The notes: a model not told the origin generated them from the letters alone. DNA of 64,000 bases from an uncultured Roseibacillus sp. (GCA_937949965.1 CALFBF010000023.1:2358-66357); one strand, 5' to 3'. Shown: positions 37,081-47,344, numbered from the stretch's first letter. Program-made: numbers and translations.

Positions 37081-38094
37081 TTAGTGCGTTTCGGTGGTAA
37101 AATCTTCTTCTACGTCTACCTGCGGCTCATCATTGGCGGATTCCTTTTCTTCAGCCATTGGAAGCTCTTCCCTTCCTCTCTGTTCTTCTGCTGCCAACTC
37201 GGCAACCGCAGCTAGATGCTCGATGATGCCTTGTTTGACCTGATCCGCATTTTGGGAAAACTCTGACCCTGGAGCCATCTCGACCATGGCATCGATTTCG
37301 GCAAAAGCTTTCTCTTTCTCCCTCTGTTCGACGTGGGCCATCACACGAGCCATATAGACGTGTTGCTTCTGCTCCCCATCGGGTTGATACTCTTCGATAA
37401 AGTCATCAACGAGGGATAATACACTGTCAAAATCGCCAATAGTGAGTAACTCGCCCACCGCTTGTTCAAAATCTAACAATGCCTTCGCTAGGTTAATTTC
37501 ACTCAGAAATTGTGTCTCATCATTCGGGTCAAGCGTCTTAAGTTCTTCCAATTCCTCCTGAAAATCCGTCACGACACTATACTCTGGCAAAGTTCGCAAA
37601 AAAGTAACCAAAGCATCCCGTCTCTTGGGGCCTTCTGCGCTCTGATAATTTCTGAATGGTTTACTAATTTCGTCTAAATGTTCGAGGTAGGCTTTCGGTC
37701 CTCCTTTGTGATAGCCAGTGCGTGCGAAAGGGCGTCCTTTTGGTTCAAACAGGATGACGGTAGGAAAACCTCTCACCTCAAGCCTATGAGCTAGGGCTTC
37801 ATTTTTTCCCCGTTGTTCTGGCGAGATTATTTTTTCATCTTTGGGAAAGTCTAGTTCCACGAGCACGTAATCCTCCTCGACAGCAGTAAAGGATTCTTCA
37901 TCGAAGACTTCCCCCTTGAGTTGGATACACCAGTGACACCAGTCCGAACCGGTGAAATTGACTAGAAGCGGTTTGTTGGTTTCCGCAGCCACTTTTTGCC
38001 CTTCTTCAAAGTCAGTCAGCCATTTCAGCTCAGCGCCTGCAACGAGTGTTAGAATTCCAAGATTGGTTGCTAAAGTTATTAGTTTCGTTTTCAT
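37081..38094 (-). CDS. Secreted thioredoxin-fold protein (Thioredoxin_7/DUF255-like) with an acidic helical C-terminal region
   Basis: Signal peptide, then NFTGSDWCHWCIQLKGEVF (CxxC), VLVELDFP and GFPTVILF (cis-Pro region). About 190 aa of helical, acidic sequence follow. Confidence 0.75.
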   Translation of the reverse strand: MKTKLITLATNLGILTLVAGAELKWLTDFEEGQKVAAETNKPLLVNFTGSDWCHWCIQLKGEVFDEESFTAVEEDYVLVELDFPKDEKIISPEQRGKNEALAHRLEVRGFPTVILFEPKGRPFARTGYHKGGPKAYLEHLDEISKPFRNYQSAEGPKRRDALVTFLRTLPEYSVVTDFQEELEELKTLDPNDETQFLSEINLAKALLDFEQAVGELLTIGDFDSVLSLVDDFIEEYQPDGEQKQHVYMARVMAHVEQREKEKAFAEIDAMVEMAPGSEFSQNADQVKQGIIEHLAAVAELAAEEQRGREELPMAEEKESANDEPQVDVEEDFTTETH

Positions 38095-38154
38095 TACGCT
38101 ATGGTGAGACGTCGTCCTGGGCGTCTATAATCAGTTTGAAATACGTTGAGACTA

Positions 38155-39540
38155 TTACTCTTGGGTCTCTTTGCGAAGCTGTTCCGCAGTGCGGCGGAGT
38201 TCTTCCGCTTGCTTGCGAAGGTCAGCTGCTCGTTTTTCAAAGGCTTCGATTTCAGGAGAAATCTTTGCTCCAATCTGCTCGCTCACGGCATCTTCCTTTG
38301 CGCGTTCTCGCTCAACAAGCTTACGGGTCGCCGACTCTTTACGATGTGCACTGAGGTGGCGCTCTCTCGCGGCCTCAAGATCTGCTTCCGCCTTTGCCAA
38401 AGCCTCTTCTGCCGCCGCAAGTGCTTGGTGAGCGAGTTCGAGGGTGGCGAGCGATTGTTTATGTTGTTCGGCAACACTCGGACCAGATTTCGGTTCTCTT
38501 TCGCTACTCCCAGTAGAGACTTCTTTTGGCGCGACCGCTTCTGTTTTTGCAACAGAGCCTGTCGTCTCTTTGGATTCAACAAGCTTATGTCCTCCCTCGA
38601 TAGTCTGAGGTTGCTTCGTAGGTTGCTCCTCTTTCACTGAACCAAGGGCTGCCTGTGCTCTCTGAACCAATCTTGGAGCTTGCTTTCCCATTGGGGAATC
38701 GGGATTTGCATCTCGCACTGATTCTGCGGCTGAAACCGCTTTCTCATAATGACCTAGCCCCATGAGAGAATAGTATTTCAAGGCGAAGCCGGCCTGCTTT
38801 TCGTGGGGATCCAAATTCTCTATGGCCAGAAACTCGTCAACGCGCACTATAGCCTCCTGAAAGCGCCGTTTACTCATCAGCCCTTGCATATCGCGCTGCA
38901 TCTCTTCCAAGCGCTCTTTTTTCACGATATCAATGACCAAAGGAGACTGATCTTGAGAGACCTTTCTCAAGGTCTCGAATTCCTCGGCGTAGACACGGGC
39001 AATGGTGGTCTCGGGGACAGCTCCCAAGAATTTTTCCAATGCTTTGGTCCTCAATTTGTCATCGGTAGCACTGGCAAACTCACCACGAGCTTCTTCACGG
39101 GTGAGCTTCCTGCTGTCCTCCGCTTGGATCGCTCTTAGGTAGTCAGCCACCTTCCATTCCCTATTGTACCGCACTTCTCCGTAGGGGTCGCCCAGTGCAT
39201 CCATTAACAAAAGAACGGGGTAGCCCTTCACTCCATACCGAACACGGATTGGTTCGTTTCGCTCGGCTACCGTGGGGCTCCCTTGGGGGAAATCGAGTTC
39301 AACTAAGACGAAACGCTCCGAAATAGGAGTGGTGAAAATCTCCTTACTGAGCACCGCTGCTGACAAGACCTTGCATTGCTCACACCAATCGGAGCCCATG
39401 AAGGAGATTAAAACGTCCTTCTCTTCCTCAACTGCTTTCTTGAGGCCTGCTTCATAAGTATTCAACCAGCCTGAACTCTCTGCTCCAAGAGAAGAAACCC
39501 AGAAACAGCTTCCGACAAAAACGGCCATCAATATACGCAT
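38155..39540 (-). CDS. Secreted thioredoxin-fold protein, paralogue, with TPR-like region and a long C-terminal coiled coil
   Basis: Signal peptide MRILMAVFVGSCFWVSSLGA. SFMGSDWCEQCKVL (CxxC), VLVELDFP, GYPVLLLM. The C-terminal 120 aa are A/E/K/R-rich heptad-like sequence. Confidence 0.75.
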   Translation of the reverse strand: MRILMAVFVGSCFWVSSLGAESSGWLNTYEAGLKKAVEEEKDVLISFMGSDWCEQCKVLSAAVLSKEIFTTPISERFVLVELDFPQGSPTVAERNEPIRVRYGVKGYPVLLLMDALGDPYGEVRYNREWKVADYLRAIQAEDSRKLTREEARGEFASATDDKLRTKALEKFLGAVPETTIARVYAEEFETLRKVSQDQSPLVIDIVKKERLEEMQRDMQGLMSKRRFQEAIVRVDEFLAIENLDPHEKQAGFALKYYSLMGLGHYEKAVSAAESVRDANPDSPMGKQAPRLVQRAQAALGSVKEEQPTKQPQTIEGGHKLVESKETTGSVAKTEAVAPKEVSTGSSEREPKSGPSVAEQHKQSLATLELAHQALAAAEEALAKAEADLEAARERHLSAHRKESATRKLVERERAKEDAVSEQIGAKISPEIEAFEKRAADLRKQAEELRRTAEQLRKETQE

Positions 39541-39660
39541 GGCAATTATTTAAGCCTGCTCGGGAAGGGACGCAAGCGAACAAGACGAAGAGGCTCCGCA
39601 AACTTTCTCACTTCTGCATCCCTTTCGGTCTCGACTCTAGTCTCTGCTTTCTGGTCTCTT

Positions 39661-41052
39661 ATGCCCATGTCTGAAACACGCCTCGAACGCGATTCCATGG
39701 GAGAAATGCCCGTCCCAATCGACGCCCTCTACGGAGCTTCCACCCAACGTGCCGTCCTCAACTTCCCAGTCTCTCACCGCCCGGTAGATCCGCTCATGAT
39801 TCACGCATACGGGCTCATTAAGCTGGCAGCGGCTCGCACCAACGGCGCACTCGGCGTCGTTCCTACTGATAAGACTGCCGTCATCGAGAAAGCCGCGCGC
39901 GAGGTCTTCGAAGGTCAACATGACGAGCACTTCCCCGTTGATACCTATCAGACGGGTTCAGGCACCTCGACCAACATGAATGCCAACGAGGTCATCGCGA
40001 ATCGTGCCAAGCAGATCGAACCCGATTGCGGAGTCCATCCCAATGACCATGTCAATCAGAGCCAATCCTCTAACGACACCTTCCCTACTGCGATGCATAT
40101 CGCGACGGGTATCGCGCTCAAGGAGCAGCTCGTGCCCGCGCTGGAGGGCCTTCATAAATCCCTCACTCAAAAGGCACACGAGTTTCACGATGTTCTCAAA
40201 ATCGGGCGCACTCATCTCATGGACGCCACCCCGGTTCGCCTCGGACAAGAGTTTGCGGGATTTGCCAAGCAAGTTGAGCGCTCCCTGGACCGCAGTCACA
40301 AGGCGCTCAATGCCATCTTTGAACTCCCTCTCGGCGGCACTGCCGTAGGCACGGGGCTCAACTGTCATCCCGACTTTCCTAAACAAGCAATCGCCATCAT
40401 TGCGGAAGAAAGTGGGCTCGATTTCGTAGAAGCAGAGAACCACTTCGAAGCACAAGCGGCCAAGGACGCTCTTGTGGAAGCCCACGGCCAGCTCAACACC
40501 ATTGCGACCAGTCTTTACAAAATCGCAAACGACGTCCGTCTCCTCGGCTCGGGCCCGCGCTGCTCCATTGGCGAAATCTCTCTCCCCTCCACCCAGCCAG
40601 GCTCCTCCATTATGCCCGGCAAAGTGAATCCAGTCATGGCCGAAGCCGTCACGATGGTTTCTGCCCGTGTCTTCGGCAACCACAGCACCGTCACCTGGGC
40701 CGGTGCAAATGGTCACTTCGACCTCAACGTCTTTATGCCGGTGATGATTGCAGCAGTGTTAGAGTCCATCCGACTGCTTGCCAACGTAGCGACCATCTTC
40801 GATGAGAAATGCGTGCAAGGCATCATCGCCAACAAGGAACGCTGCGAGTCCCTTATCGAGAATTCTCTCTCCATGGTTACTAGTCTCGCCCCGATCATTG
40901 GCTACGAGCCCGCTAGTAAGATTGCTAAGGAAAGCGTGGAAACTGGTCGCACTGTGCGCGAGCTCTGCAGCGAGCGTCTCGACGAGCTCGGCATCGATGC
41001 TAACCAGCTCGCCCTAGCCCTCGACCCGGCAACTATGGCAGGCAATAACTAG
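39661..41052 (+). CDS. fumC: Class II fumarate hydratase
   Basis: YQTGSGTSTNMNANEV, HPNDHVNQSQSSNDTFPTAMH, SGPRCSIGEISLP, GSSIMPGKVNP. These regions match FumC rather than AspA versions as I remember them. Confidence 0.9.
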   Translation: MPMSETRLERDSMGEMPVPIDALYGASTQRAVLNFPVSHRPVDPLMIHAYGLIKLAAARTNGALGVVPTDKTAVIEKAAREVFEGQHDEHFPVDTYQTGSGTSTNMNANEVIANRAKQIEPDCGVHPNDHVNQSQSSNDTFPTAMHIATGIALKEQLVPALEGLHKSLTQKAHEFHDVLKIGRTHLMDATPVRLGQEFAGFAKQVERSLDRSHKALNAIFELPLGGTAVGTGLNCHPDFPKQAIAIIAEESGLDFVEAENHFEAQAAKDALVEAHGQLNTIATSLYKIANDVRLLGSGPRCSIGEISLPSTQPGSSIMPGKVNPVMAEAVTMVSARVFGNHSTVTWAGANGHFDLNVFMPVMIAAVLESIRLLANVATIFDEKCVQGIIANKERCESLIENSLSMVTSLAPIIGYEPASKIAKESVETGRTVRELCSERLDELGIDANQLALALDPATMAGNN

Positions 41053-41091
41053 TCCGCAACTCAGCCGACTACTACCGTAACAACCCTTAGT

Positions 41092-41112
41092 CGCCCTCTA
41101 CTCCAGAGGGCG
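41092..41112 (+). terminator. Weak stem-loop after fumC
   Basis: 8-bp stem cgccctct / agagggcg with a 5-nt loop, followed by tcattctc, which is a poor U-tract. Confidence 0.25.
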
Positions 41113-41139
41113 TCATTCTCACCTTTCGCACGCTCTCTC

Positions 41140-41853
41140 ATGTCTATTCTCCAAACGGCTCATGCGGCCCTCAACTCAGATTCGTTAACAGGAATTGCAG
41201 AGCATCTGGCGATTGATTCACAGCAAGTGCCCGGTCTGATAGAGGGGTCTCTCTCAGCACTGCTAGCCATCTTCCAACAAGGTGCCCAAGACCCCGCGAA
41301 GGCCGAGCTCATCACGCAGTTTCTCGCGGAGGTTGATCCTTCCATCATCGCGAATCCTCAACAGCTGATTGCGGAACAGGGGGCAGAGTTGACTCGTTCG
41401 GGTAAGAGTGGGCTGGCGAAACTTTTGGGCCCTCAGCTCACCGATTACATTGCGCCCTTAGCCAAAAGCACGGGCTTGGGAGAAGGGAAAGTAGCCGCTG
41501 GCCTGGGAACGCTTGCTCCCTTCGTGATCGCACTTTTGAGCAAAGAGACTCAGTCTGCAGAAGGGCTGCAACAGCTCCTCGCAAACGAGAGTCTCACGAA
41601 TGCGACCCCTGATTCAAAAGTCCCCACCAAGGAAGCGGTCGAACAGAAATCTTATCTTCCAGACCCGTCAAAGAAGAAAGAAAAACGCCCCTTCCCGAAA
41701 AGAAAAGCAGCGCTCATCGCAATCACTCTTCTCTTAGTCGTGGCCTTAGCGTTCTGGGTTTTCTCTACTGGACTCCTTGCTCCGACCCCGGCTGAAGTTC
41801 CGATCCCTGAGCCTATCCAGACATCAGAAAACGCCAATGCCGCTTCACCATGA
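41140..41853 (+). CDS. DUF937-like protein with a C-terminal TM anchor
   Basis: Two repeats of the pattern ...L(T/A)GIAEHLAI...ALLAIF / ...LAKSTGLGEGKVAAGLGTLAPFVIALL, typical of DUF937 as I recall it. Basic stretch KKKEKRPFPKRK followed by a TM segment. Confidence 0.55.
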   Translation: MSILQTAHAALNSDSLTGIAEHLAIDSQQVPGLIEGSLSALLAIFQQGAQDPAKAELITQFLAEVDPSIIANPQQLIAEQGAELTRSGKSGLAKLLGPQLTDYIAPLAKSTGLGEGKVAAGLGTLAPFVIALLSKETQSAEGLQQLLANESLTNATPDSKVPTKEAVEQKSYLPDPSKKKEKRPFPKRKAALIAITLLLVVALAFWVFSTGLLAPTPAEVPIPEPIQTSENANAASP

Positions 41854-42188
41854 AAGTGACGCCCTCATCCCTCCCATGGAGCAAGGTTTCTCATAACCCC
41901 GCAATCCAGAAACAAGTTCACCTCTCTCATGGAGAAGTGCCTCACGTGACCCAATTTGCACGTTCCGTGTTCACCACTGGCCAAGTTGCTCCCGCGCATT
42001 CCCATTCTGATATGTGGGAAGTGTTCATGGTGACAGCGGGAGTGTTAACCATCACCGTTGACGAAAAAGAGCTCGAACTCACTACTGGTGCTAGCATCAC
42101 CATTGCCCCGCATGAAGTTCATGAGCTGCGCAACGCGCACTCTGAACCCTTGCACCTGACCTACTTCGGCATCGCGGTGTCGGAATAA
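41850..42188 (+). CDS. Cupin-domain protein
   Basis: 112 aa. Cupin motifs APAHSHSDMWEVFMV and APHEVHELRN. The ATG overlaps the upstream stop (ATGA). Confidence 0.75.
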   Translation: MKVTPSSLPWSKVSHNPAIQKQVHLSHGEVPHVTQFARSVFTTGQVAPAHSHSDMWEVFMVTAGVLTITVDEKELELTTGASITIAPHEVHELRNAHSEPLHLTYFGIAVSE

Positions 42189-42264
42189 GCAATATCTCAC
42201 GCTCTGAGCCGATCTCGCTCATCCTACACTTGCCCCAGCTGCAAAAATGCGCCACAAGCGCCGC

Positions 42265-43143
42265 ATGTTCCGAGGCACTTACACCGCACTCATCACTCCT
42301 TTCCGCAATGGCTCCGTTGATTATGATGCCTTCCGCGCTCTTATCGATCGTCAAGCTGCAGCGGGGATCACTGGTATCGTTCCGGTTGGAACCACTGGCG
42401 AGTCCCCAACTGTTACTCCCGAAGAACACCTCGAAATCATCCGTGTTGCTATCGAACACAATGCGGGACGCATGCAAGTCATCGCGGGAACAGGAGCTAA
42501 TGCGACTGCCGAGGCGATCCACCTGACCCAAGCAGCCGAAGCAATGGGTGCTGATGCCTCCCTCCAAGTCTGCCCCTACTACAACAAGCCTTCGCAGGAA
42601 GGGCTCTACCAGCACTACAAAGCGGTCGCCGATGCGACTAAACTGCCCATCATGCTCTACTCGGTTCCCGGTCGTTCTACCGTCGCGATTGCACCGGAAA
42701 CTGCCGCTCGCTTGGCAAGCGAATGCTCCAATGTCCTTTCTCTCAAAGAGGCGGGTGGCTCCGTGGATCGCATCAACCAACTCGTCCAAGCCGTTCCTAA
42801 CAGTTGTGAACTCCTCTCCGGTGACGACCCGCTCACTCTCCCCTTCATGGCCTGTGGTGCGGTGGGACTCGTTTCGGTCGCGGCCAACATTATTCCGGAA
42901 GTAATGGTCCAACTTGTGAATGCTTGCCTGGATAACAACTACCCCGACGCCCTCACGCTGCAGAAGAAGTATTACCCTCTCTTCAACGCCTTGATGAGCC
43001 TCGACACCAATCCAGTGCCTATCAAAACTGCTGCCGTGCTCATGGGTCATTGCAGTGATGAGTTCCGCCTTCCTCTGGTAGGCCTCTCCGAAGAAAACCA
43101 CGCGAAGCTAACAGAAGTCTTGCAAGAGTTCGGCTTGATTTAG
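42265..43143 (+). CDS. dapA: 4-hydroxy-tetrahydrodipicolinate synthase
   Basis: MFRGTYTALITPF, GTTGESPT, YNKP, and the Schiff-base Lys region LSLKEAGG. The ORF also has an upstream ATG at 42247. Confidence 0.93.
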   Translation: MFRGTYTALITPFRNGSVDYDAFRALIDRQAAAGITGIVPVGTTGESPTVTPEEHLEIIRVAIEHNAGRMQVIAGTGANATAEAIHLTQAAEAMGADASLQVCPYYNKPSQEGLYQHYKAVADATKLPIMLYSVPGRSTVAIAPETAARLASECSNVLSLKEAGGSVDRINQLVQAVPNSCELLSGDDPLTLPFMACGAVGLVSVAANIIPEVMVQLVNACLDNNYPDALTLQKKYYPLFNALMSLDTNPVPIKTAAVLMGHCSDEFRLPLVGLSEENHAKLTEVLQEFGLI

Positions 43144-43212
43144 GTTCCTTCTTGGGAAGCCTAATCAAAAAAGCAGCGTGCTCTTCACGAGGTTCGTGCT
43201 TAGGCTAGAGGC

Positions 43213-44379
43213 ATGATTTACCTCGATAACAACGCGACTACTCCGGTCCACCCGGAAGTCTTGGAGGCGATGCTGCCTTTTCTCAAAGAACAGTTTCACA
43301 ACCCCTCCTCAGGCTACCGGGCTGCGAAGCCTGTCAAGGCGGCCTTGCAAACCGCACGCGAACAAGTCGCGGCCCTCATCAATGCTCATCCGGAAGAAAT
43401 CATCTTCACCTCTTGTGGGACGGAATCTAACAACTCCGCTCTCAAGTCCTTAGCCCGCCTTATTGGTCGCAAAAAATCGCGTGTCATCAACTCCACGATT
43501 GAGCATTCGGCCGTACTGCGCCCCATCGAGGCCATGGCCGCCGTAGGATTCGAGACCCGCTCGATTGGGGTGCACGAAGACGGTCGCTTCAATCTCGATG
43601 ACCTCACGCAAAACCTCGACGCCGACCTCCCCACCTTTGCTTCGCTGATGTGGTCTAACAACGAAACCGGAGTCACACAACCGATGGCAGAGGCTTGCGC
43701 CCTGCTCAAAGAATCCAATGCCGTCCTCCACACCGACGCCATTCAAGCAGTAGGAAAAGTGCCTGTCGACGTGCGAGAAGTCCCCGTCGATCTCCTCTCT
43801 CTTTCTGGCCACAAACTCTATGCCCCCAAAGGGGTCGGAGCGCTCTACCTACGACAAGGGTTCCGTCTCGAACCTCTCTTGCGAGGGGGCGGCCAAGAAG
43901 CGGGTCACCGCTCCGGAACAGAAAACGTGCCTTATATCGTGGGGCTCGGAAAAGCGGCTGAACTGGCACTGAACTACGACCAAAGTAGTATGCAGGTTCT
44001 TCGCGACCACTTGGAAGATCGCCTCAGCAACGAGCTCAAGGGAGTCACCTTCAACGGCTCGCGCGAGCACCGCTCGGCGAACATCTGCCACGTCTCCTTC
44101 GAGCATTGCGAAGCTGCCGGACTCCTTATTCTGCTCGATGAAGCCGATATCCAAGTCTCGGCAGGATCGGCCTGCATGACCGGTAAACAGCAGCCGTCTC
44201 ACGTCCAAAAAGCGATGGGAATTTCCGACGAACAGGCCAAGAGCAGCCTCCGCATTTCTCTCTCTCGCTTCACAACCCGAGAGGAAATTGACACTGCGAT
44301 AGAGGCCATCGTTGAAGCTGTCCGTAAGCTCCGCGCGATCCAATCTCCCCTCACAGGCCCGGTACAGGTTTTCAGTTAA
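43213..44379 (+). CDS. Cysteine desulfurase (NifS/IscS family)
   Basis: MIYLDNNATTP, FTSCGTESNN, PLP-Lys motif SLSGHKLYAPKGVGALY, active-site loop GSACMTG. Confidence 0.9.
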   Translation: MIYLDNNATTPVHPEVLEAMLPFLKEQFHNPSSGYRAAKPVKAALQTAREQVAALINAHPEEIIFTSCGTESNNSALKSLARLIGRKKSRVINSTIEHSAVLRPIEAMAAVGFETRSIGVHEDGRFNLDDLTQNLDADLPTFASLMWSNNETGVTQPMAEACALLKESNAVLHTDAIQAVGKVPVDVREVPVDLLSLSGHKLYAPKGVGALYLRQGFRLEPLLRGGGQEAGHRSGTENVPYIVGLGKAAELALNYDQSSMQVLRDHLEDRLSNELKGVTFNGSREHRSANICHVSFEHCEAAGLLILLDEADIQVSAGSACMTGKQQPSHVQKAMGISDEQAKSSLRISLSRFTTREEIDTAIEAIVEAVRKLRAIQSPLTGPVQVFS

Positions 44380-44441
44380 CGGCTCCTCCACCCGCACGGG
44401 CTGGTGCTATTTTTATGTAACCTTACGGAGCAATATAGAGT

Positions 44442-45434
44442 ATGAGCGGACTCATGAAGACTCTTCTTCTCAGCCTACTCCTCACTCCCATGCTCGCGGC
44501 TGCTACCGTGATCGAAAAGATGGCGACTCATGCGCAAGCACTCCTCGACACTCTTTCCAAAGAGCAGCAGGAAAAAATTACCTTTCCCTTCGGGGACGAT
44601 GAGCGCGAAAACTGGCACTATATTCCGAGAGAGCGAGCCGGGATACAACTCGATGCCTTCGACGAGCCCCAACAGAAATTGGTCCAAACGCTGTTAGAAC
44701 AATCTCTCTCTGCACAAGGCCACGTAACTGCTCAACAAGTGATCGAACTCGAGAATATTCTCTTCGAGGAAAGCGACCAAGCAGACTTCCGTAACCCTGC
44801 TCGCTACACGGTGACTGTTTTTGGGAAACCTTCTTCAAAAGAGTCTTGGGGATGGCGTTTCGAGGGTCACCACCTCTCTCTCAACTTCACGCTCATTAAC
44901 GGAACCGTGGGTCTCACCACCCCTTTCTTCTTCGGAACCAATCCTGCGGAAGTGCAAGAAGGGCCTAAAAAAGGGATGCGGCCATTGGGGAAAATCGAAG
45001 ACCAGGCACGAGAGCTCGCCCGCACCATCCACCGCGATGGCCTACACGTTCGCTACTCTAACGAACCGCCACGCGACATCCTAACAGGCCAAGATCGTAC
45101 CGCTAAAGCCTTAGCAAAAGAAGGGGTTCCTTTTTACGAACTTAAGAAAGAACAGCAATCCGCTCTCCTCGCGCTCGTGCAACAGATCGCGGCACATCAA
45201 CACCAGGAACTGTTCAAACCGATCACAGCTGAAGACCTCGCGGACGCGATGATGGCGTGGGCCGGTGACTTCGAGCCCAAGAAGCCACATTACTTCCGAA
45301 TCCAGACCCCCGTATTCCTCATCGAATACGCGAACACCCAGAACAATGCTAATCACGCCCATCTCGTCTGGCGTGATTTTGCAAACGACTTTGGCCGCGA
45401 TCTACTGCGTGAACATCTCGAACACGAACATTAA
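44442..45434 (+). CDS. Secreted DUF3500-domain protein
   Basis: Signal peptide. FPFGDDERENWHYIP, WRFEGHHLSLNF and NHAHLVWRD match the DUF3500 pattern as I recall it. Confidence 0.7.
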   Translation: MSGLMKTLLLSLLLTPMLAAATVIEKMATHAQALLDTLSKEQQEKITFPFGDDERENWHYIPRERAGIQLDAFDEPQQKLVQTLLEQSLSAQGHVTAQQVIELENILFEESDQADFRNPARYTVTVFGKPSSKESWGWRFEGHHLSLNFTLINGTVGLTTPFFFGTNPAEVQEGPKKGMRPLGKIEDQARELARTIHRDGLHVRYSNEPPRDILTGQDRTAKALAKEGVPFYELKKEQQSALLALVQQIAAHQHQELFKPITAEDLADAMMAWAGDFEPKKPHYFRIQTPVFLIEYANTQNNANHAHLVWRDFANDFGRDLLREHLEHEH

Positions 45435-46658
45435 TCAGGAGTGAGTGGCGAGGTAATCGAGAGCGCTCTGCGCGGCGAGTGTCCCGCTCGAAAAACAACC
45501 CTGCATGAGGTATCCCCCCGTCGGAGCTTCCCAATCAATCATCTCTCCCGCGACAAAGAGACCGGGAATCTGGCGCACCATTAACTCACTAGTCAACTCG
45601 GACCAGGGCACCCCGCCTGCAGAGGAGATAGCCTCTGCAATAGGCCTTGGTCCTCGCAAGGGAAGAGAACACCGCTTGGCGATACGAGCGAGGGATTCCG
45701 CCGAATCAAACGGCCCTGCTAAATGCTCTAACAACGAACAAACCTCTGCACTTAACTTCCACCGCACCCGAGCCTCTTGCAAAAAATTACGGCGAGCGGA
45801 CTCCATTTTAGCAATCAGCTTTTCCTCCGTGAAAGTAGGTTTGAAATCAATTGTCAATGCGGGCTCTTTCATCGTTCGCAGAGCAGGCCCTAGCTGATAG
45901 ATAGGCCCTCCTTCCAAACCATAGCGCGTAATCACCAGCTCACCACGAGCCTCCTCTGCCCCCACTGTGAGCACGAGATTCTTAAGTGCTTGACCCTCGT
46001 GAGCCTCTAAGAAATCAGCAGGCCAATCACACTCCCAGCCACAATTCGCGGCGGACAAGGGAGAGATCGGAAGTTCATTCTGACTGAACAAAGTCGTCCA
46101 ACGACCATCAGAGCCCGTCTGAGGCCATGACCCCCCGCCCAACGCCAAGACCACGGCATCATGGGTCTCAACCAGCGTTCCCTCCTCCGTTTCGAACGTC
46201 AGTTGAAGGCGTTTCCCAGGTTTCAAACCAACGAGACGATGCTTAACCGCGAAGCTTACTCCCTGCTCCTTGAGCCGTCGAACCCATGCTCGAAGAAGCG
46301 GTGCTGCTTTGAGAGCTTTGGGATAAACGCGCCCATTCCTGGCCACAAAAGTCCCCACCTCCAACCTCGCTGCCCAGCCGCGTATCTTCTGGTTATTAAA
46401 ACGAGCGAGAGCCTGCTCCCAAAAATCAGACGGCTGACCAGGCCCACGATAACGGGTGACAAAAGTCACCAAATCTTCGCTATGCGTGATATTGAAGCCG
46501 CCCTTACCCGCGACTAAGAACTTGCGACCCACAGAGCGCTTGGACTCGTAGAGAGTCACCACTGCTCCGGCGGCAGAAAGAATCTCTGCCGCCCGCAACC
46601 CTGCTGGGCCACCACCCACTACTGCCACTGTCTGCCCGTCTGCGCTCAAGAGCGGCAT
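45435..46658 (-). CDS. NAD(P)/FAD-dependent oxidoreductase (HI0933/BaiN-like flavoprotein)
   Basis: VAVVGGGPAGLRAAE FAD fold, GKGGFNITHSE, C-terminal LFVAGEMIDWEAPTGGY. The stop codon abuts the stop of the convergent DUF3500 gene. Confidence 0.8.
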   Translation of the reverse strand: MPLLSADGQTVAVVGGGPAGLRAAEILSAAGAVVTLYESKRSVGRKFLVAGKGGFNITHSEDLVTFVTRYRGPGQPSDFWEQALARFNNQKIRGWAARLEVGTFVARNGRVYPKALKAAPLLRAWVRRLKEQGVSFAVKHRLVGLKPGKRLQLTFETEEGTLVETHDAVVLALGGGSWPQTGSDGRWTTLFSQNELPISPLSAANCGWECDWPADFLEAHEGQALKNLVLTVGAEEARGELVITRYGLEGGPIYQLGPALRTMKEPALTIDFKPTFTEEKLIAKMESARRNFLQEARVRWKLSAEVCSLLEHLAGPFDSAESLARIAKRCSLPLRGPRPIAEAISSAGGVPWSELTSELMVRQIPGLFVAGEMIDWEAPTGGYLMQGCFSSGTLAAQSALDYLATHS

Positions 46659-46764
46659 GCTACCGCCCGACTACGGTCCTGTCGATGGAGTTTCATTTCA
46701 CATCCGCTTCATCAGTTCTTCAAAAAAGAAGCTCATCGTCCCGCAGCTACCAAACCAATTTACT

Positions 46765-47232
46765 ATGATCAACCTCCCATCTCCTTTACAAAAAAAGAAG
46801 CGACTTCATCTCGCTAACTTGGACGCACCTTCGCAACCTTGGCCGACTCACTTTGAGGGCTCACGCCTATATCCAGCGAAATTTAGCTCACTCCTAAACA
46901 CTCTGAGCGAAAGCGCGCTCGAATCAGTCGCGGTATTTCAGTCCGCTGGCCGTCAGGTCATTTTGCAGAATCTCGACTTGATGAAATCAAACCGCTGTCG
47001 AGTCAAAACCGTTTTTGAACAAGCAGGCTTCATCATCTCCCGACTTGAAATCGAAAATGGAATCTGGAAAATATACTACGCCTCTCGTAATAACATACAC
47101 TTCCATATTCGCGAACAAGTGCAGGAAACCAAAAAAGCCCCCCTTTCCTTCCGTTCGGCGCACCTTACTTCAGCTCCGTTAACTCCTCGAATCAGAGCCA
47201 CCATCATCACTCCTTTGCGGGGAGAGAAATGA
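46765..47232 (+). CDS. Hypothetical protein
   Basis: ORF with no recognisable motifs. Start placed at the first ATG (MINLPSPLQKKK), because the longer ORF begins inside the divergent promoter region. Confidence 0.35.
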   Translation: MINLPSPLQKKKRLHLANLDAPSQPWPTHFEGSRLYPAKFSSLLNTLSESALESVAVFQSAGRQVILQNLDLMKSNRCRVKTVFEQAGFIISRLEIENGIWKIYYASRNNIHFHIREQVQETKKAPLSFRSAHLTSAPLTPRIRATIITPLRGEK

Positions 47233-47344
47233 TACTTGAAATAGGCTGGGACGGGTCTTCTTGACGCTGCCTCTGACTTACGATAGCATTTAAGGTGGTC
47301 GTTTTTTGTAAGCGACTACTTAAACACTCACACTAAGTCGATCT

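Noticed and set aside
38146-38640. Several long ORFs in multiple frames on both strands (164, 86, 99 and 102 aa) overlap the 3' end of the second thioredoxin-like gene.
   Set aside because: The region encodes an A/E/K/R-rich coiled coil with few stop-generating codons in any frame. The alternative translations are F/L/R/S/C-rich nonsense typical of shadow ORFs.
39958-40716. A 252-aa minus-strand ORF lies antisense to fumC.
   Set aside because: fumC is clearly coding on the plus strand. The antisense ORF shows no recognisable domain and has a biased composition.
42097-43101. A 334-aa minus-strand ORF lies antisense to dapA and the cupin gene.
   Set aside because: dapA has unambiguous family motifs on the plus strand. 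The antisense product is G/R/V/S-rich with no motifs, so it is a typical antisense shadow.
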